NCBI GenBank assembly: GCA_000708835.1 | Contig: DF236992.1 | Span: 80,513-144,512 of the forward strand | Length of the DNA stretch: 64,000 nucleotides | Direction of reading: 5' to 3' | Source of the DNA: Klebsormidium nitens | Taxonomy: Eukaryota; Plantae; Klebsormidiophyceae | Shown: in pieces, positions 44,801-58,089 of the stretch | How the letters are laid out: every line of letters begins with the position of its first letter | How positions within the stretch are numbered: the stretch's first letter is position 1 | Position numbers and translations under genes: made by a program | Notes under the pieces: model-generated | Seen by the model: the letters and a program-made list of their open reading frames with translations, nothing else | The model's database searches: none | Told to the model about the DNA's origin: nothing

Positions 44801-47800
44801 GAAGGGAAACCACCGCGATGAATTTCGAAGGGACATTACGGAATGAAGATACAGGGAGAGAAAAACACGGCTATGATACGGAGGGCAAATCACCGTGAGG
44901 AAGATTCGAAGGAAGATCACCGAAAGAGGGATACAGATCACGACCACGGCGATGAGGACCGAGGCAACCTGGTTCTTCGAACAGGGGGGGAATAATTTGG
45001 ACGTTGAAGCCTGTTCTAAAAGGAAGACGACCGGATGTACGTACAAAATCTACTCCGATCGCAAGTGGGCGACGCCAGCCGCTTGCAAGCTCACAGACTT
45101 CACCCAGGCATCGCCATGTTGCTTTACAAGGCACACCTTTCATTCGTTTCGTATTATCAAGCCTATTTCCTCCGCTTTGCCAGGATATGTAAAACCTCAG
45201 TCGAATTCCATTGAATGCTAGCTAGACCCATGTCAAGATCAATCGTCTAGGCCAAAGTGAGATGCTTGACAGCTGCTGACCTTGCCGCGAGCCTTCAGTT
45301 TGACGCCCACCGCCTGCCCCTTGCGTACAAGGATCTCGTCTACGTGGGAGTTGAGCAGTATCCGACCCCTGCACCAAAGTACCTCTCATTCAACACTTTC
45401 CGGCGAGACGAGGCCTGTCGCGAAAGTGGTAGCTAGCAACGCTTATTCGCAAGTACCAAGCGCCATCTCGTCAGTGCACAACGAGGATAACGCAACTGAC
45501 ACCCGGGAAACCACACACAGTCCTTGGGTAAACTGGACAAACCTTTCCGCATCTAACCAGGGAGCACAACCAATGCCGCACATCCGTCCAAGAGCATTAC
45601 GCATGCAAGATGACGGACCTACGGATCGAGGCGAGAGAAGGGGCGCAAAACAGAGGATGCATGTACAAAGAGTAAGTTTTTGAATGAGGCTGCTGCAGAA
45701 CTGCAGCACATCAAACCGCTAGCGAGAAGCAGAGTCAACGCGGATGCAACTTTTGCAAACTCTTCTTGGTCTCTGATTGCACGACAGCTGGCATCCTCAC
45801 CCGTGCTTCTTGAAGCCCCTCACGAGAGCGCTGATGATCGCCTCCCCTCCGCCGATTGGGTAGTCGATCGTGCCCTCCGGTCGATTCCGCTCGTAAAACA
45901 TGAAAGCCATTTCGGCGGTGATCGTGCTGCAGATTGGACGGCTGAATGAGCAAAAAATTGGCAGACTGCTCAGCAAAAAGCGTGAGCCCGCTATTTGTCC
46001 GAAGCCAATCCCTTCGTCTTGCTGATAAAGCCAGCCCTCTACATGAAAATACATGTTTTTAGCAAGCCAATCCTGCCCTCAGAAACGGTGGCTCTAGCTA
46101 CAAGGTCCTTGACAAAATCCGTACTCCAAATGACGCGGCTTCTATCGTTTGGACTTTCGTATCCCGTGCAGCGTCTTTGGCAACGTCGGTTCCGCACCCG
46201 AAGCAAAGTTCCAACTGTTTCACCAGTATGTTCGCTCACCAGTATGTTCGCTCAAGGATAAGTCGTGCTGATGCGAGGCGTTCCGAGGAGAACCCAAGCG
46301 GGCTTCTGAGGAGTCAAACAAAGTCCGTTGTACTGCACGGGCAAGGAGTAGAACGGCGACCTACCTCTTTGCGAGCATTCCGCTAAGGACGAAGCACTCC
46401 AAGTCTATGAGATTGCGAAGGAAAGGGTTCTTGACGCACTGCACAGGACATCAAGAGAGCTTAGTTCAACTGCCCCAGATCGAGGGCCTGAGCAACACAC
46501 TACGACAGCTGATGCAACACCACCGAGGCGAGCAAGGAAATACATGGAGTTATAGACATGTAACAACGTCCCGACAAACGTTCATTGTGGTGTGGACGAA
46601 TGATCACTGTGTGGTCGGCTTTCTTCGACAGAAAGCGAGTTTGTGCCCGAGGCACAGACCGTATACACACGATGACACAGGATTTCAATTCTACGCGGAC
46701 CTCTTCTTGCATGAAAAACCGCAGCTATTAGAAGCTCGCTTCGCGGCTGCACCGATTCGTGGACAGGAACCGCACGAAATAGGATGCGCACAAGCGGCCG
46801 CCATTGTTCTGCAAAGACCTGTTCTCACCTTGTCGACTACTTCGGAGAAGGGCCTCAGGAGCTTCGAAGAGGACGAGATGGTCGGCAGAAGGCCGGGCAC
46901 TGAAAACAAAAGAGACATCTAAACGTTGGGAGTGGTGATCCGACTGCAGACCCATCCTCTTTGAATCAACTCTTGCAAGTTTTCAACTAGATTGATCTTT
47001 GCATTTTGAAGGCGGCTGGATATGCACCTCGAACGAAACGATCGTTTGCAAGATGCGAAAGCGAAGCATTGCTGGCCGGCTGACGGGTGTCACAGTCGCA
47101 CGACTCAGCAATGCGAGTACCACTGCTAAATTAAGCTAGACGATTCCAATCAGCCTCGGGTCGGACGCTTTCCTCGAAAATCCTGCTTCTCCCGGCTCGA
47201 AACACGAGCAGGCTTGAGTCACCAAAAAGGACCATTTGATAGTTGCGTTTGGTTGTTGTCCGAATACAAAAGTCCCCACTTACGGCAGGCTCGAAGGGAA
47301 GCAGCTCACATTAAGAACGGATAGCGTCGGTTGAGCCATCGAGTTCGAACTTACGAAAGCGAGCGACTGATAGGGCAACCGCTGGGTCGCCCCTCATCGC
47401 CGCCGGCGGCAGTGCAGCAGAAGCCTTTGCCAACGGCTCTATGAGTTTCTGCAGAGAGCAAAGCTTTCTTCCATCTCATTTGAAACTTATTTTCTTGGAA
47501 ACGCCTGCTCACATGCGAGCTCAATGGCCAGCTGACCTTCTCAGAAGGAAGAGGACAGACTGCTTCGACTGAATCCTGGTCTCAAAGCTGTTCGGACCGA
47601 ACCCAGACGCAGGTCTTGTCGCAGATTATAAGACGCAACACCCGTTTCCCAGTGCGGACTGATTCTTCCAGGAGCGCTCCATCAGAACTCAGCCGAGACA
47701 TTCAAACGAGACAGCCGGCAACAATCGAGCTGCATCTGTCCGACATTGAGGCACCCGAAGGATTCGTTTAGTGCAGAAAATTCCACCTCTAGTTCCATCC

Positions 47801-49807
47801 ACTCTGCAAGAGCGTCCGGTCCCCCATACTTGAGAATCTCGTTACGGTACGCCTCCGCCTCGGCACGGAATGTATACTGCCCCTCTGGAAGGTAACCTAT
47901 CCACCTGCAGAATGGCAATACTCGGGGAATCAAAACTGCAGGCTTTACTCGAGCGGGTTGCTGTGGAGTGCTAGTCCTTGACAGCTGTCATCTCGCTTTC
48001 CCCACCTAAGATCTCAAGTGCGTGACTGACATCACCCAAAGCCAATCGAAGCTCTTGTCGACCTTCTGACTGGCATTGCATCTGTCACTCTCGTATCTTA
48101 CGCTGTTTTGGGGCTCAGTGGAAAGCTGGCACTCGCATAACTTTGCTCCGCACCGTTTGAAAACCCTGAAAGCAGCAAGTCGATAAATTGAAAGCAGAAA
48201 CCAATACAAGAGACATTCTATTACCAAATGAATCAGACCGGACAGACAGGGGCTCGCTTAGGAGATGAGACCCTCAATCAAAAGAACATGAACCAGAAGG
48301 ATAAGGCAAGACAAATAGCGGCTCACGTATCATAGGATACGCAGGGCACCTCCTCCCCCAGAACGTCGAGGACCTGTTTCAGGGGGTTGAGTGACTTGTC
48401 CATTGAGAGCCCCGCATGGAACGAGGGGCCCGAGTCGAAGTGGTACCCCTGCCGTTGGAACGAGTGCGCAGCTCCCCCTGCATCAGCATGAGGCAGTTTG
48501 AGAAGCGAAGAGTGTGCTTGGATATGGGATCACAGATATCAATGTGCGCTCCTGCTCCTGCCCAATTTGCCGAGCTCCCCAGGAGTGATGAAAAGAGCTC
48601 ATCAGGAGTCCAAGACTGAGCTGATTGTATAGGGAAGGCATCGACGATCAGAACTGTAGTGAAGCTACATGGAAAGACCACACTTTGCGCCGTTTCGCAA
48701 GGGGCCCGGGCGCCCTCAGCAACACTTCAGCTGAGTTGTGGCAATCACCCTTGGTGCAAACGTGCGGCTGGAATCTTTCTTTGAGCTGCTGACAGAGAGG
48801 GCTGTGCGAGATTGCTTGGGCCCTACTCACAGCCCCTGCCTTTGTACCACTTTGCGTTCTGGGGGAAATGTGAGAAGTAAAACCAAGACTTGTTAACATG
48901 CAACCACTTTAGGAACTGGTGGCAGTGACAATCAAGGGACACTGACCTGGAATGGAGTGGCTCTCACAAATGGTGACCCGCTGGCCATACTTTGCGAGCA
49001 ACGCTCCACAGCAGAGCCCTCCAATGCCTGCAATCGTGGAGGATGGGGACTTAATTGTGAACTTTGATGAACCGTGCAGTTTTATCTTTTGGTAAAGCGT
49101 CAACAGCCTCCCTTGCACCCATTGCTGCAATGACTGATCCTGAGTGAGGCATCTTGTTGATGTCGAATGCATGGCTTCAAAGTGTGATCTATCAAGTTAG
49201 GGTGCGACGCTTAGTGGTGCAATAGTCCTTGGCAAGCTACACAGGGAAGGTGTGTCTTGATTGCTTGAAGCGGCCCTGCCTTCCCTTGCCAACCAGCTGC
49301 TACATCCCAACTGCATGCTGGTTTCTGTTGAAATGAATGCAAGCTAAATGCAGGAAATGATTGCTGACCTGCTCCTATGATCACAACATCCGTCTCATGA
49401 CTTCGGCTGTCCTGGTTTTCACTTGGCTGATCTGGTGGGTGCGACTCTTTAATATCGCGCCGCGCATGTCTGTCTGAGCTAGGAGCAACTGGCTTTGGCG
49501 GAGTAAGTACAGCAATGGGACTTGTCAGAGCTTTGCTACACTGATCTGGCTTTTTGTACAAGTTCTTCTGATCAGCCAGGAAACTGTAACCACTGCTGTG
49601 GAAGGAGTGAAGTGAACCAAGATGAGAAGATGAGCTAACTTTGTGTGTGCATGAGACAGATCTATGTGTTTGATGGCCTAGGAACCTGCTCTGCCTGTGT
49701 ATTAAGCTGCGTGAACCACTAGGCCTTTGAGAGGCAAGAGTTTCAAGGAGAGCAAAGCCTTGCAAGCTGAGGTTAGTGCCCAGCCTGCAGGCACTTGATG
49801 CCACCAT
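41859..49807 (-). CDS. Plastid CrtH/CRTISO-like FAD-dependent oxidoreductase (carotenoid isomerase family, At1g57770-like), ~651 aa
   Basis: 15 exons in frame: 49807-49369, 49027-48947, 48477-48327, 47904-47787, 47448-47355, 46899-46829, 46438-46365, 45926-45801, 45368-45281, 44774-44646, 44104-44030, 43591-43452, 43018-42851, 42472-42361, 41948-41859. Motifs: DVVIIGAGIGGLCCGALLA, GYHFDSGPS, DYPIGGGEAIISALVRG, SFLHLHLGID, GTPLTHERYL, GLYCCGDSTMPGIGVPAVAASG. Ser/Arg-rich transit peptide. Confidence 0.93.
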
Positions 49808-51364
49808 TATGCTAGCAGAAGATCTTCTGCATGAATATCGTTTTGCACGAAAGCAGCTGATCAGTCGTCAATGCTTTTCACAAGGATCTAACGGGCTGAA
49901 CCGCGAGTGAATAATGATCGTTATGGCTTCAAAGGTATTGAGCAGAGCAAAACTTTGGGGTCAATTCTTTGCTGATCCTGTGCTGAGATAACAAGGAACG
50001 TTCAGTGGCTGGACAATGAAGGTTGTGCTGAACACACCACTGCGCATACTACTGTAGCAGATAATACAAAGCAGGAGCCTTTCTCCTTTGAGATTGGATC
50101 GTCGATCAAGGTTGAAAGAAGCTCGAAAGAAAGGCGATCAGCTGCAGCTGGCATTCCTCAACTCGAACGCTTGAGCATGTCAGAAGTTTGGACTGAATGG
50201 AGGGAGCCAGCTCTCGACCAATGGTGTTGGAAGTCGTGGCAGCTGCTCAGGCCAGGTCAGCCAAAAAGTGCACAGTGTGTACGCATTGCATGGTCCTTTT
50301 CAGTCCCTTTTGAAGCGGTAGTGCAGTGTTGTACACTATACCTACAATTAGCAGATCATGGGCCGGTTACCGTTCGCAGTCGGTACATCATGATGCGTCA
50401 GGTAAAAGGTGTACCCGAGTGTGAATGGCGCGGTCCAAGGTGGCTTGCGTGGCACAAGAGAGACACCGAAGCCCTCTCGACAACAGCTTCTCAACCGTCC
50501 GATCAGCGCATGTGACGATAGCAAAGCTACACACCCTACTTCCACGTAGACAGCTTCATAACCGTCCGATTGTCCCGGGGTTCACGTGAGCTGGGTTAAC
50601 CGTCACGATTTGATGTAAGGGTACGTGCCCTAGCGCTGGCCCCTTCCGTATACGGTATGAGCCCGCTTCGATCGAGACCCCACACGCCGGTGTATACGTT
50701 GATACTACTAAGAGGAAGATTGCATGTGGCCGTCTAAGTGCACACTCCACTTTGCTGCCTCGTGACTTGAATACAACATCGGCATGTTGTCGTTAAATAA
50801 ATCGGCTGCTATTAAATCGCTGTTCGGTGCATGCATCCCTCATAACTAATCAAGAGCTTGCATTGACCGGACATCACCCGTGCCACCGCGCTGCTACTAT
50901 TATCCGTACATGTATGTTTCGACACAAATCGGATGCAAATTGTGCTGACTTTTGACATCTTTCTCCCTGGCGGATGCCTCCGACATCGTTGATCACTACT
51001 AGAAATATCTTGCATGTTTGTGACTTTCGAGACAGGGTCTCATTTCTGCCTGCTTCACATGTATAGGCGTTCGGAAGACGGGATTTTTACAACAGCGGCA
51101 GCCAAAGTTGGGCAGGGATCCTTTGAACTGAGTCCTCTAAGTGCAATTTTACATATGGCGACTGACTTCGTTTACCATTGCATCATGGGCATGCTACGAT
51201 CTTGTCCGCAATGAACGTCCATCAGACCTTCGACTACAATGAAGATCTTTGTCCCTCGCTCCGACAATAACAGGACCAATCAACCGCGCCTTGTGCAAAT
51301 ACATATTTACAGTCCTCGGGGAAAAGATTCGAGACGGGTTCGCTCAACTTCTTCCTGCAATACA

Positions 51365-54300
51365 TTAACCGTCTGAGGCAGCGCGCCGGCCTCGTTGTCG
51401 CACCCACCTGAACCCCAAAGTGAACCCCAACGCAACGCACAGCCCGAGAAGAACCCACTCGTCCCGTGCGGCGTGGAAAACTTTCAGCAGAGCAGCGAAC
51501 GAGGCAGGCGACCGCTCAGCTAGTCCGTCGCCGTCCCCGTTAATCTCACCCACCCGACCTTCTGAATAGGGGGTCCCATTTGCACCAAGGTCAGCCCCCC
51601 GGAAAGCCGGCCCGTCCTCTTTTCCGCTCGCTTCCTCCCCCGGGCTGGAAGACGTCCTCCCCAGCGCCGTTTCACACAGCTTCCAAACAGCGTTCGACAC
51701 CGCTTCCAACCCGTCCCCAATCCAAAGGTGAAGAGCCCTAACCCACGTTTCTACGTCTATCCCGTAGTAATCTAGAAACGTGACCACCTTCAGCTTGGCA
51801 ACTGCCAGAGCGGCCGCCGCGACGGCCCCCTTGTTTGGGTGATCCCCCGACAATCGGTACAACCGTTCCGCCTCCGAAAGATTGCGGGATGCGCCGTGGG
51901 TACCCCGCTCGAGGAGGCACCCCAGGCTGAATTGGCCCTGCAACAGAGTGGAGATTTGTGCGTGAGGTCGTTAATGAGAACGGTAAACCATACTGGGCAG
52001 GTTGTGCGCATGACATCTACTTCTTTGGTCCACCTTTCACGAGCGATCTACGGCAGATGCGCCAATAGAGAGGGCGAGGAAGGAACATCTCCCTCTGCAC
52101 GGTTTGGCATAGAGTACAGGGAGCGAAAACGAGGGTCTTTCCTTGCCAGTACCGACACTTGAGGCGTTTTGCAACATGGCCGAACCGTCAAGGGGAGAAG
52201 ACGAAAGCTCAAGAGAATCAACACCGAGTGAAACACGGCAGTCTCCGGCTGATCGACCACGAAACACGCAACGGGTGTTTCTGAGGCTTGCTCAGGTCCT
52301 GGATGACCGAATATTGACACCCAATGCACGCGAGTTCGACACACAATACCCGCTTCCATTTGCATGCGAAGCCGTCTCACCTGGCCGTTCCCGAGCTCCC
52401 CCGCTGCTCGGTAATGCCCCGCCGCGTCCCCCCTCCCGCCACAGCCCCCCTCGTAGTACGCACAGTCCCCCAGTCTCACGTGCGCCCACCCCCGCAGATC
52501 CGCTCTCACCCCCCTCGAGCCCTCCCCATCCGGCCCCCCCTCTCCGACGATCCTCTCCAAATACACCGCCGCAGCGAGTCGTCCTTCGCCACGTGTCAGG
52601 CCCAGGTCCCCCGACCGCTTTTCCAGCAGCCAGGCGGCATTGCACAGCGCGGGGGGGTAGCCGAGCTCGGCTGCGCGCGCGTAGCTCGCGAGCGCGCCGC
52701 GCGCATCGCCGCTCAGAAAGGCGGAGAGGCCGGCCTGGAGGTGCGCGGCCCAGGGGCCCGTCTCGGACATGAGCCTGGGCGGAAGGAACGGAAGTGGACC
52801 TACGTGAGCCAGTCATTGAAAACCAAGCCGTCTTTGCTCATCCTGTTTGGTAACGTTCCATTGCATAGAAAGAGAAGGGTGGTTGCTTTAACCGAGGGAA
52901 AAAGTAGCACGGAGAACGGAACGGACGCCAGTCAGTGACTCGGGCTTTGGTGTCATCTCCTCTTCGCTCGGGAGCTGGCCTGCCACCAACTTCTTTCTAG
53001 TCCAAGAATCCGTCTTCTGTGTCACTCAAACATCACTACATGCCATGTGCATTTGGGTTTAGCAACTTAGGCCTTTCCTGTCGTCCATGAACTGCGTCAT
53101 TTTTTCCTCTCCTGGACGGCCAGTTCTCGTAACTCGATTTCGGAACCAGACCTAACATCTGAGAAGCGAGTCGACGCGGTCAAAATCTGTCCCATAAGCC
53201 TTATGCATACTCGTTCCTGAAAGAATATGTTTACAGTAAAGAAGCGCACCTGAACCAGTGCGCGGCTTGCCCGGGGTTCCGCTCCGTTCCGTAACCGGAA
53301 CTGGCCGCCAGCGCTGCATGGTGGGCGCTCGGCACGTGCCCTTGCAGCGCGCCCACACGGAAGTTGCGCCAGGCTGCCACGTCATCCCGGGGGATCCCCA
53401 GGCCAGCTCGCTGCATGGCGCCCATGTTGACCATAGCGTCCTGGGAGCCGAGGTCCGCGGCGCGTTTGAAGTATCTGTGATGAAGAAGAAGCTGGTTCAG
53501 AAGTTTCAGGGCCGTTGAAACAAGAACGCTTGGGGCTTGAAGTATTATTCATAGGAAAAACAGGAAATCAAAACCTTGAAAGCCGTTGCAACGAGAGCGT
53601 GATACGGAAAGTGAGATAAGAACGATTGTCGTGGCAACCTCGGAATTCTATGACAGACGTATGTACAAGGTATGTGGCAACAGAGGGACAGGTTTTGAAG
53701 GGTGTTCCCCCAACACCCAAACCGAAGTCGCAAAACAGATTCCGACAAGGAATACTGACGCTGGAGAAAGTCGCTTCATTGATTGCCCTGTCCTCGAAGG
53801 ACTTCGGATTTGGCCAGCGAGATTTGTGCCGGTTCCAACGCGTGGAGGAAAGCGCTCAAAACCGGCAATCTCCCTCGAGGAAGTCCCACAGAAGCGCTCG
53901 CAAACAGAGCACGACAAATCGCTGGAATCCCAATCTTTGCATGACGTTACCAGACTCGCGCGAACGCACTACTGAAGTCACGGCATCAAAGTGCTGGTGC
54001 CTTGAACCGGCTTGGAAATTTCGACGACAACAAAGCCCTTACTCATTTCAAAACCCTCGAAACATCTTCTACTCACTCGAACGCTTTGCTAAAGTTGGCT
54101 GTGGTCCCCCCCAGCCCGTGCATCGCGAAGAACCCCAGCCCGTTGAGCGCTTCGGCGTCGCCCTTCTCCGCCGCGTCCTCGTAGAACTCGCGCGCTTTCG
54201 ACGCGTTTTTGGCGACGCCCTCGCCCGCCAGCAGCATCTTGGCGAGCCCCACCGTCGCGTGGTGGTTGCCCCCGGCGTGTGCGCGCTCGAAGAAGCGCGC

Positions 54301-57300
54301 GGCGCGGGCGGGGTCGCGGGGCACGCCGTTCACGCCCCTGCAAGCGGGGACTCTGAGGGTTCAGGACGGGGCTCTCAAAGGTTCTAGTGGTCAATCCCCA
54401 CAGGAACATCGAGAAAGGACAAGGTTTTGAGAGCTAAAAGGGCTCGTTGTTTTGCGTGCTTTCATATATGACGGCTGCTGCTATAGTTGGGGCCTGAGTT
54501 GGAGACGCAGCCGCTGCAATCTACTTGAAGTCAGGGTTGGGTCCAATGCAGGGAAGGAACTTAATGCGAGGAGAATATCACTGCAACATACATCCCAAAC
54601 AGAGGGGATAAGGCGCCCGTGCCTGGCAGGCTCTGGATCCTAGAAGCGAGGAATCTGTGCTGGAGAAACGAGCAACTACGACACGCAAGTGACGTTACTC
54701 GGAGTCAAACAAAAACTGTCCTTTTGGTGACATGCTCGAAACGTCACGGTCCGCGTCGGCCGTCTTCTAGTATTCTCTGATCTTCCAAAAGCCGACCTTC
54801 ACAGTCACGTAGTTCCATAAAAGCTCGAAACAATCGAGCGGGCGACGCTCGGTGGCTGTGGGGAAGCTCTCTTTGACACCGCTCCGGGTGATTGGTCGTC
54901 TTCTTGCTTGAGTATTCTTTGCGCATGCGCTCGATATCTCATCTGTCCTGCTTGCCACAGAAGTCCTTGAAAGCCAACAAATACCATCCTGTCAAATCCG
55001 GTCACGGATCCAAACGATTGAACAAGTTCGAGGTGCGGGTACGAACCAGAGGTACCAGCGCCCGAGCTCCAGATTGGCCGCCCGGTGGCCTCTCCCGGCC
55101 ATGATCTGCAGCAGGTCCGCCCTATGGGTTCGCTCGTTAAGCCACCGGGGGAGGGCCCCGGTCAGGAGGCTGCCCTCCACCACCACGCGCTCGCCAGGGC
55201 GCTGCAAAAAGTGGTTAAAGATTTTTAACGCTTTTTCAGAAGTCGAGCCAAGTCAGACACCGTCTTTGGTTGCCGTAGTGGTTTGAGAGATGGTTTAGGC
55301 TGTCCTCAGAAGTCGAGCCAAGTCACAGGTTGCTGGATCGGGTAAGAGATGGTTCAGGCCTTGTCAGAAGTCGAGCCAAGTGCAGAGCGTCTTGTTGTCG
55401 TCTAAGCAGGGCCGGAAGTGATGAGATGCGGACCGGATTGATTGCAGAGGGGGCGGGCTGAGTGCGCAACAGTCCATCGCTATTGTTGGCATGAAACGAG
55501 GTGATACAGGAAACAACCTCGAGTCTGTAAAATCAATCCACTTTTGAACGCACAGCGTTTCTCATGAGACGATGACACAGACAGTGCGACCTTGAATGAC
55601 GGATACTGATGCAAAATATGGTTGAACCCGCGCAACGAGGAGTCTGATCTTGGGCTGAAAGAGCCCTTAGCTTACTACAAACAGACCCACTTCTCCGACA
55701 TGTTTCAACGGTATACTGTGCTCGAGTCGCTTGCAAGGAAGGAGCCCTTCACCCCTCTCTGCAGCCCTCGAATGACTGTTGCAGCACAGCTGGACAGCAC
55801 GAGTCACGGCACAGATGGAAAGAGCGGAACGATAGAGAAAAGAGTGAACTCTGTGGGGCGAAAGCAAAGGTAATGAATATAGGCGCATACCTGCCACGTT
55901 TGGACGGCTACCTCTGCTGCCTTCTCAAAGAAGAAGCGCGCGCTCTCGTTGCACTGGGGGACCCCCAGGCCGAACAGACTCCGGTACCCCAGGGCCGCAA
56001 ACGCCTCGTCCACGCCCGCCGCTGCCGCCCTCAAGAAATGGTACGTGACCTGCTGCTGCCAGGGCACGGCCGTTGTCCCGTTTCTAAACGCAGCCCCTTC
56101 TTGAACCCGACTAGTACGCCCTTCCATTTCTAAAGAGGAAGCTTCCCCAGAACTCTGCGCTCCCTCTAGTTTCGGGTCTTCGAAAGAATTCGCCCTCCCG
56201 ACTTCGACCGTCTTTTCCTCTGCCTCTGAAACTCGCCCCTCCAAAAAGGCTCCACTTGGAGCCGGACCCCCACCGACTGTTATCACCCGCTCCGAAAGGC
56301 CCCCGTCAACAGTCTGCAGGTTCCCTCCTAACTCAGACCCTCCTTTTGAAACTTGCTCAGACAGCAAGTCAAAAGCCGACCTGTCAACCTGTTTCCCAGA
56401 GTCTGCTGTGTGCCGTGCCATCGCGTAAGCCAGTTCCAAGTGTGCCAGCCCTAAACCCCCTTCTGCCGCATGCCGTAAGAGTTCCAGACCCTCCCTAACC
56501 CTCCTTAACCGGACGTCCGAACCCTCCGCTCGCATCCCCTCCTCAAGCGCTGCCCTTCCCGCATCGTACTGCTGCTTCGCAATCCTTGCCCGATACGCCT
56601 TCTCTCCTTCGGGGCTGCCAGTGTGAAGCGGCTCCGAGGTGCCAGGCTGGAGCCTTTTCGCACTTGTGGCGTCAACTCTGTCTTCGACTGCGTCAGGCAA
56701 ACTGCCTACAGAACCGTCCTTCGAAGTCTGCAAATCATCCCCTTCGGATAGAAGCTCCATTGCCAACAGAAACGGCCTCAGGAAGCGGACCGCTGTTTGG
56801 AAGGGACTCAGCCGCGCGATCGCCAAACGCGCAACTTCCTCAACGAAGTCCGAGTTTCGCCGGCCAATCGTCTCCACCACTTCATCGGAAGGCTTCGTCT
56901 CGGTGTGACCGAGCTCGTCAACGGGCTGCGCATTGGTTTGAAGAAGCTCCCAGAAACGCTGCGCCTCAGCTGACTCTACACTGTCCTCTTCTCCGCATTT
57001 ATACTCCCACTCGGCTGGCGCCGAAGCGTCACCAAAGACTGGCGAGTCAGGAGAAAAGTTCGGAAAAGGGCAGGTCGTTTCCTGCGCCGCAACTGGAACG
57101 GCATGGCAAGATTCTGCCAAAAGTTCCCCATTGCCAGCCTCCTGTGTTTTAAGGCTGTCTTCTGCCACCCCAAAACGCGCTCGGGCAAATGTGGGGGTGT
57201 CGGCGGCAGGAGGGCTCCCGGCAATTGCCCCCCTCCACACGAACCCCGCCTCTGCAACAATCCTTTCAGGGGGCTTCCACTCCGGTTTCGAACCCGGTCG

Positions 57301-58089
57301 CAAAACCCCCCGTGCATCCGCTTCTTCCCGCGCTAGATCCTCAAACCGCGGCAGGTTCGCAAACGCCTCTCGGCGCTCGTTCCCGATCTGTTCTCTGGTC
57401 AACTCGTAAGGAAACATTTTCAATCCCAAGACGAGTGCCGCGGCCCCGTCTGCGGAGTGATCTCTCCCCAGCGCAAACGGGCCCCCGTTGCCCAAGATGA
57501 CATCACTCCCGCTGAAGAGTGTCCCGTCCGGCTCCCCGTCCAGAAACAGGGTTAGCGTTCGATACCCGTCGCTGGTTAGCACGACGTGGCTCCACCTCAG
57601 GAGGGGCAGCTGGCTTGCTGACGTCGCCGAGATCTCGGGGCGGAAGAGGGTGGTCACTTTAAACAGAAGACGGCGGCTGTTTTTGAGCAGGCCCAGGGTG
57701 GGGGTCCGTTGGTTCGTGTTTGCCCCCCTGGAAAAAAGCGTCCGCACTGCCCCAGTGCTGTCTGCGGTGAGGAACACGCAGAGGGAGACGCTGAAGGCGG
57801 GGCTTGAAGGGGGCAGGCTGCTGTGGGGGAACAGAAGGCGAGAGGTGGGGCTTAGAGCGACGACCCCCTTGAGCAAAGTCACTGCATTCGGTTCTGGTGA
57901 AGGATTGAGGTTTCCCAGAAACTGGACTTCAACTCTCTTTACTGGCTTTGCTGGCAGACCGGAGGCATTAGTGACTGGCGGGAATTGCCAGGAGGGCCAA
58001 CGGCTCGTGTTGATTCTGTCAGCGCTTGCCTCCGGGAGATGAAAGAATGCTACTAGTACAAGGAGGAGGAACAAGCAAACCTTTCGCAT
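51365..58089 (-). CDS. Signal peptide + LamG/ConA-like domain + Sel1-like repeats + C-terminal TM (SEL1L/HRD3 family, SEL1L3-like architecture), ~1268 aa
   Basis: Exons 58089-55891, 55201-55047, 54337-54077, 53474-53250, 52774-52381, 51937-51365 join in frame. Signal MRKVCLFLLLVLVAFFHLPEASA; LamG-like FSVSLCVFL..RWSHVVLTSDG..LTLFLDGEPDG; Sel1 repeats LGYRSLFGLGVPQCNESARFFFEKAA, LAKMLLAGEGVAKNASKAREFYEDAAEKGDAEALNGLG; terminal WVLLGLCVALGFTLGFRWVRQR. Upstream in-frame ATGs (e.g. 58152) are possible alternative starts. Confidence 0.87.
55236..55381. repeat. Degenerate tandem repeat with three exact 18-bp cores TCAGAAGTCGAGCCAAGT
   Basis: Cores at 55236, 55306 and 55364. The intervening segments share AGAGATGGTT.AGGC. 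Located in intron 1 of the Sel1 gene. Confidence 0.85.

Noticed and set aside
52143-54387. Plus-strand ORFs of 209, 204 and 253 aa
   Set aside because: Antisense to Sel1-repeat exons and introns; low-complexity translations typical of GC-rich shadows.
55236-55381. CRISPR-like repeat-spacer pattern
   Set aside because: Only three 18-bp repeats, the spacers are related to each other and of unequal length, there are no cas genes, and it lies in a eukaryotic intron.
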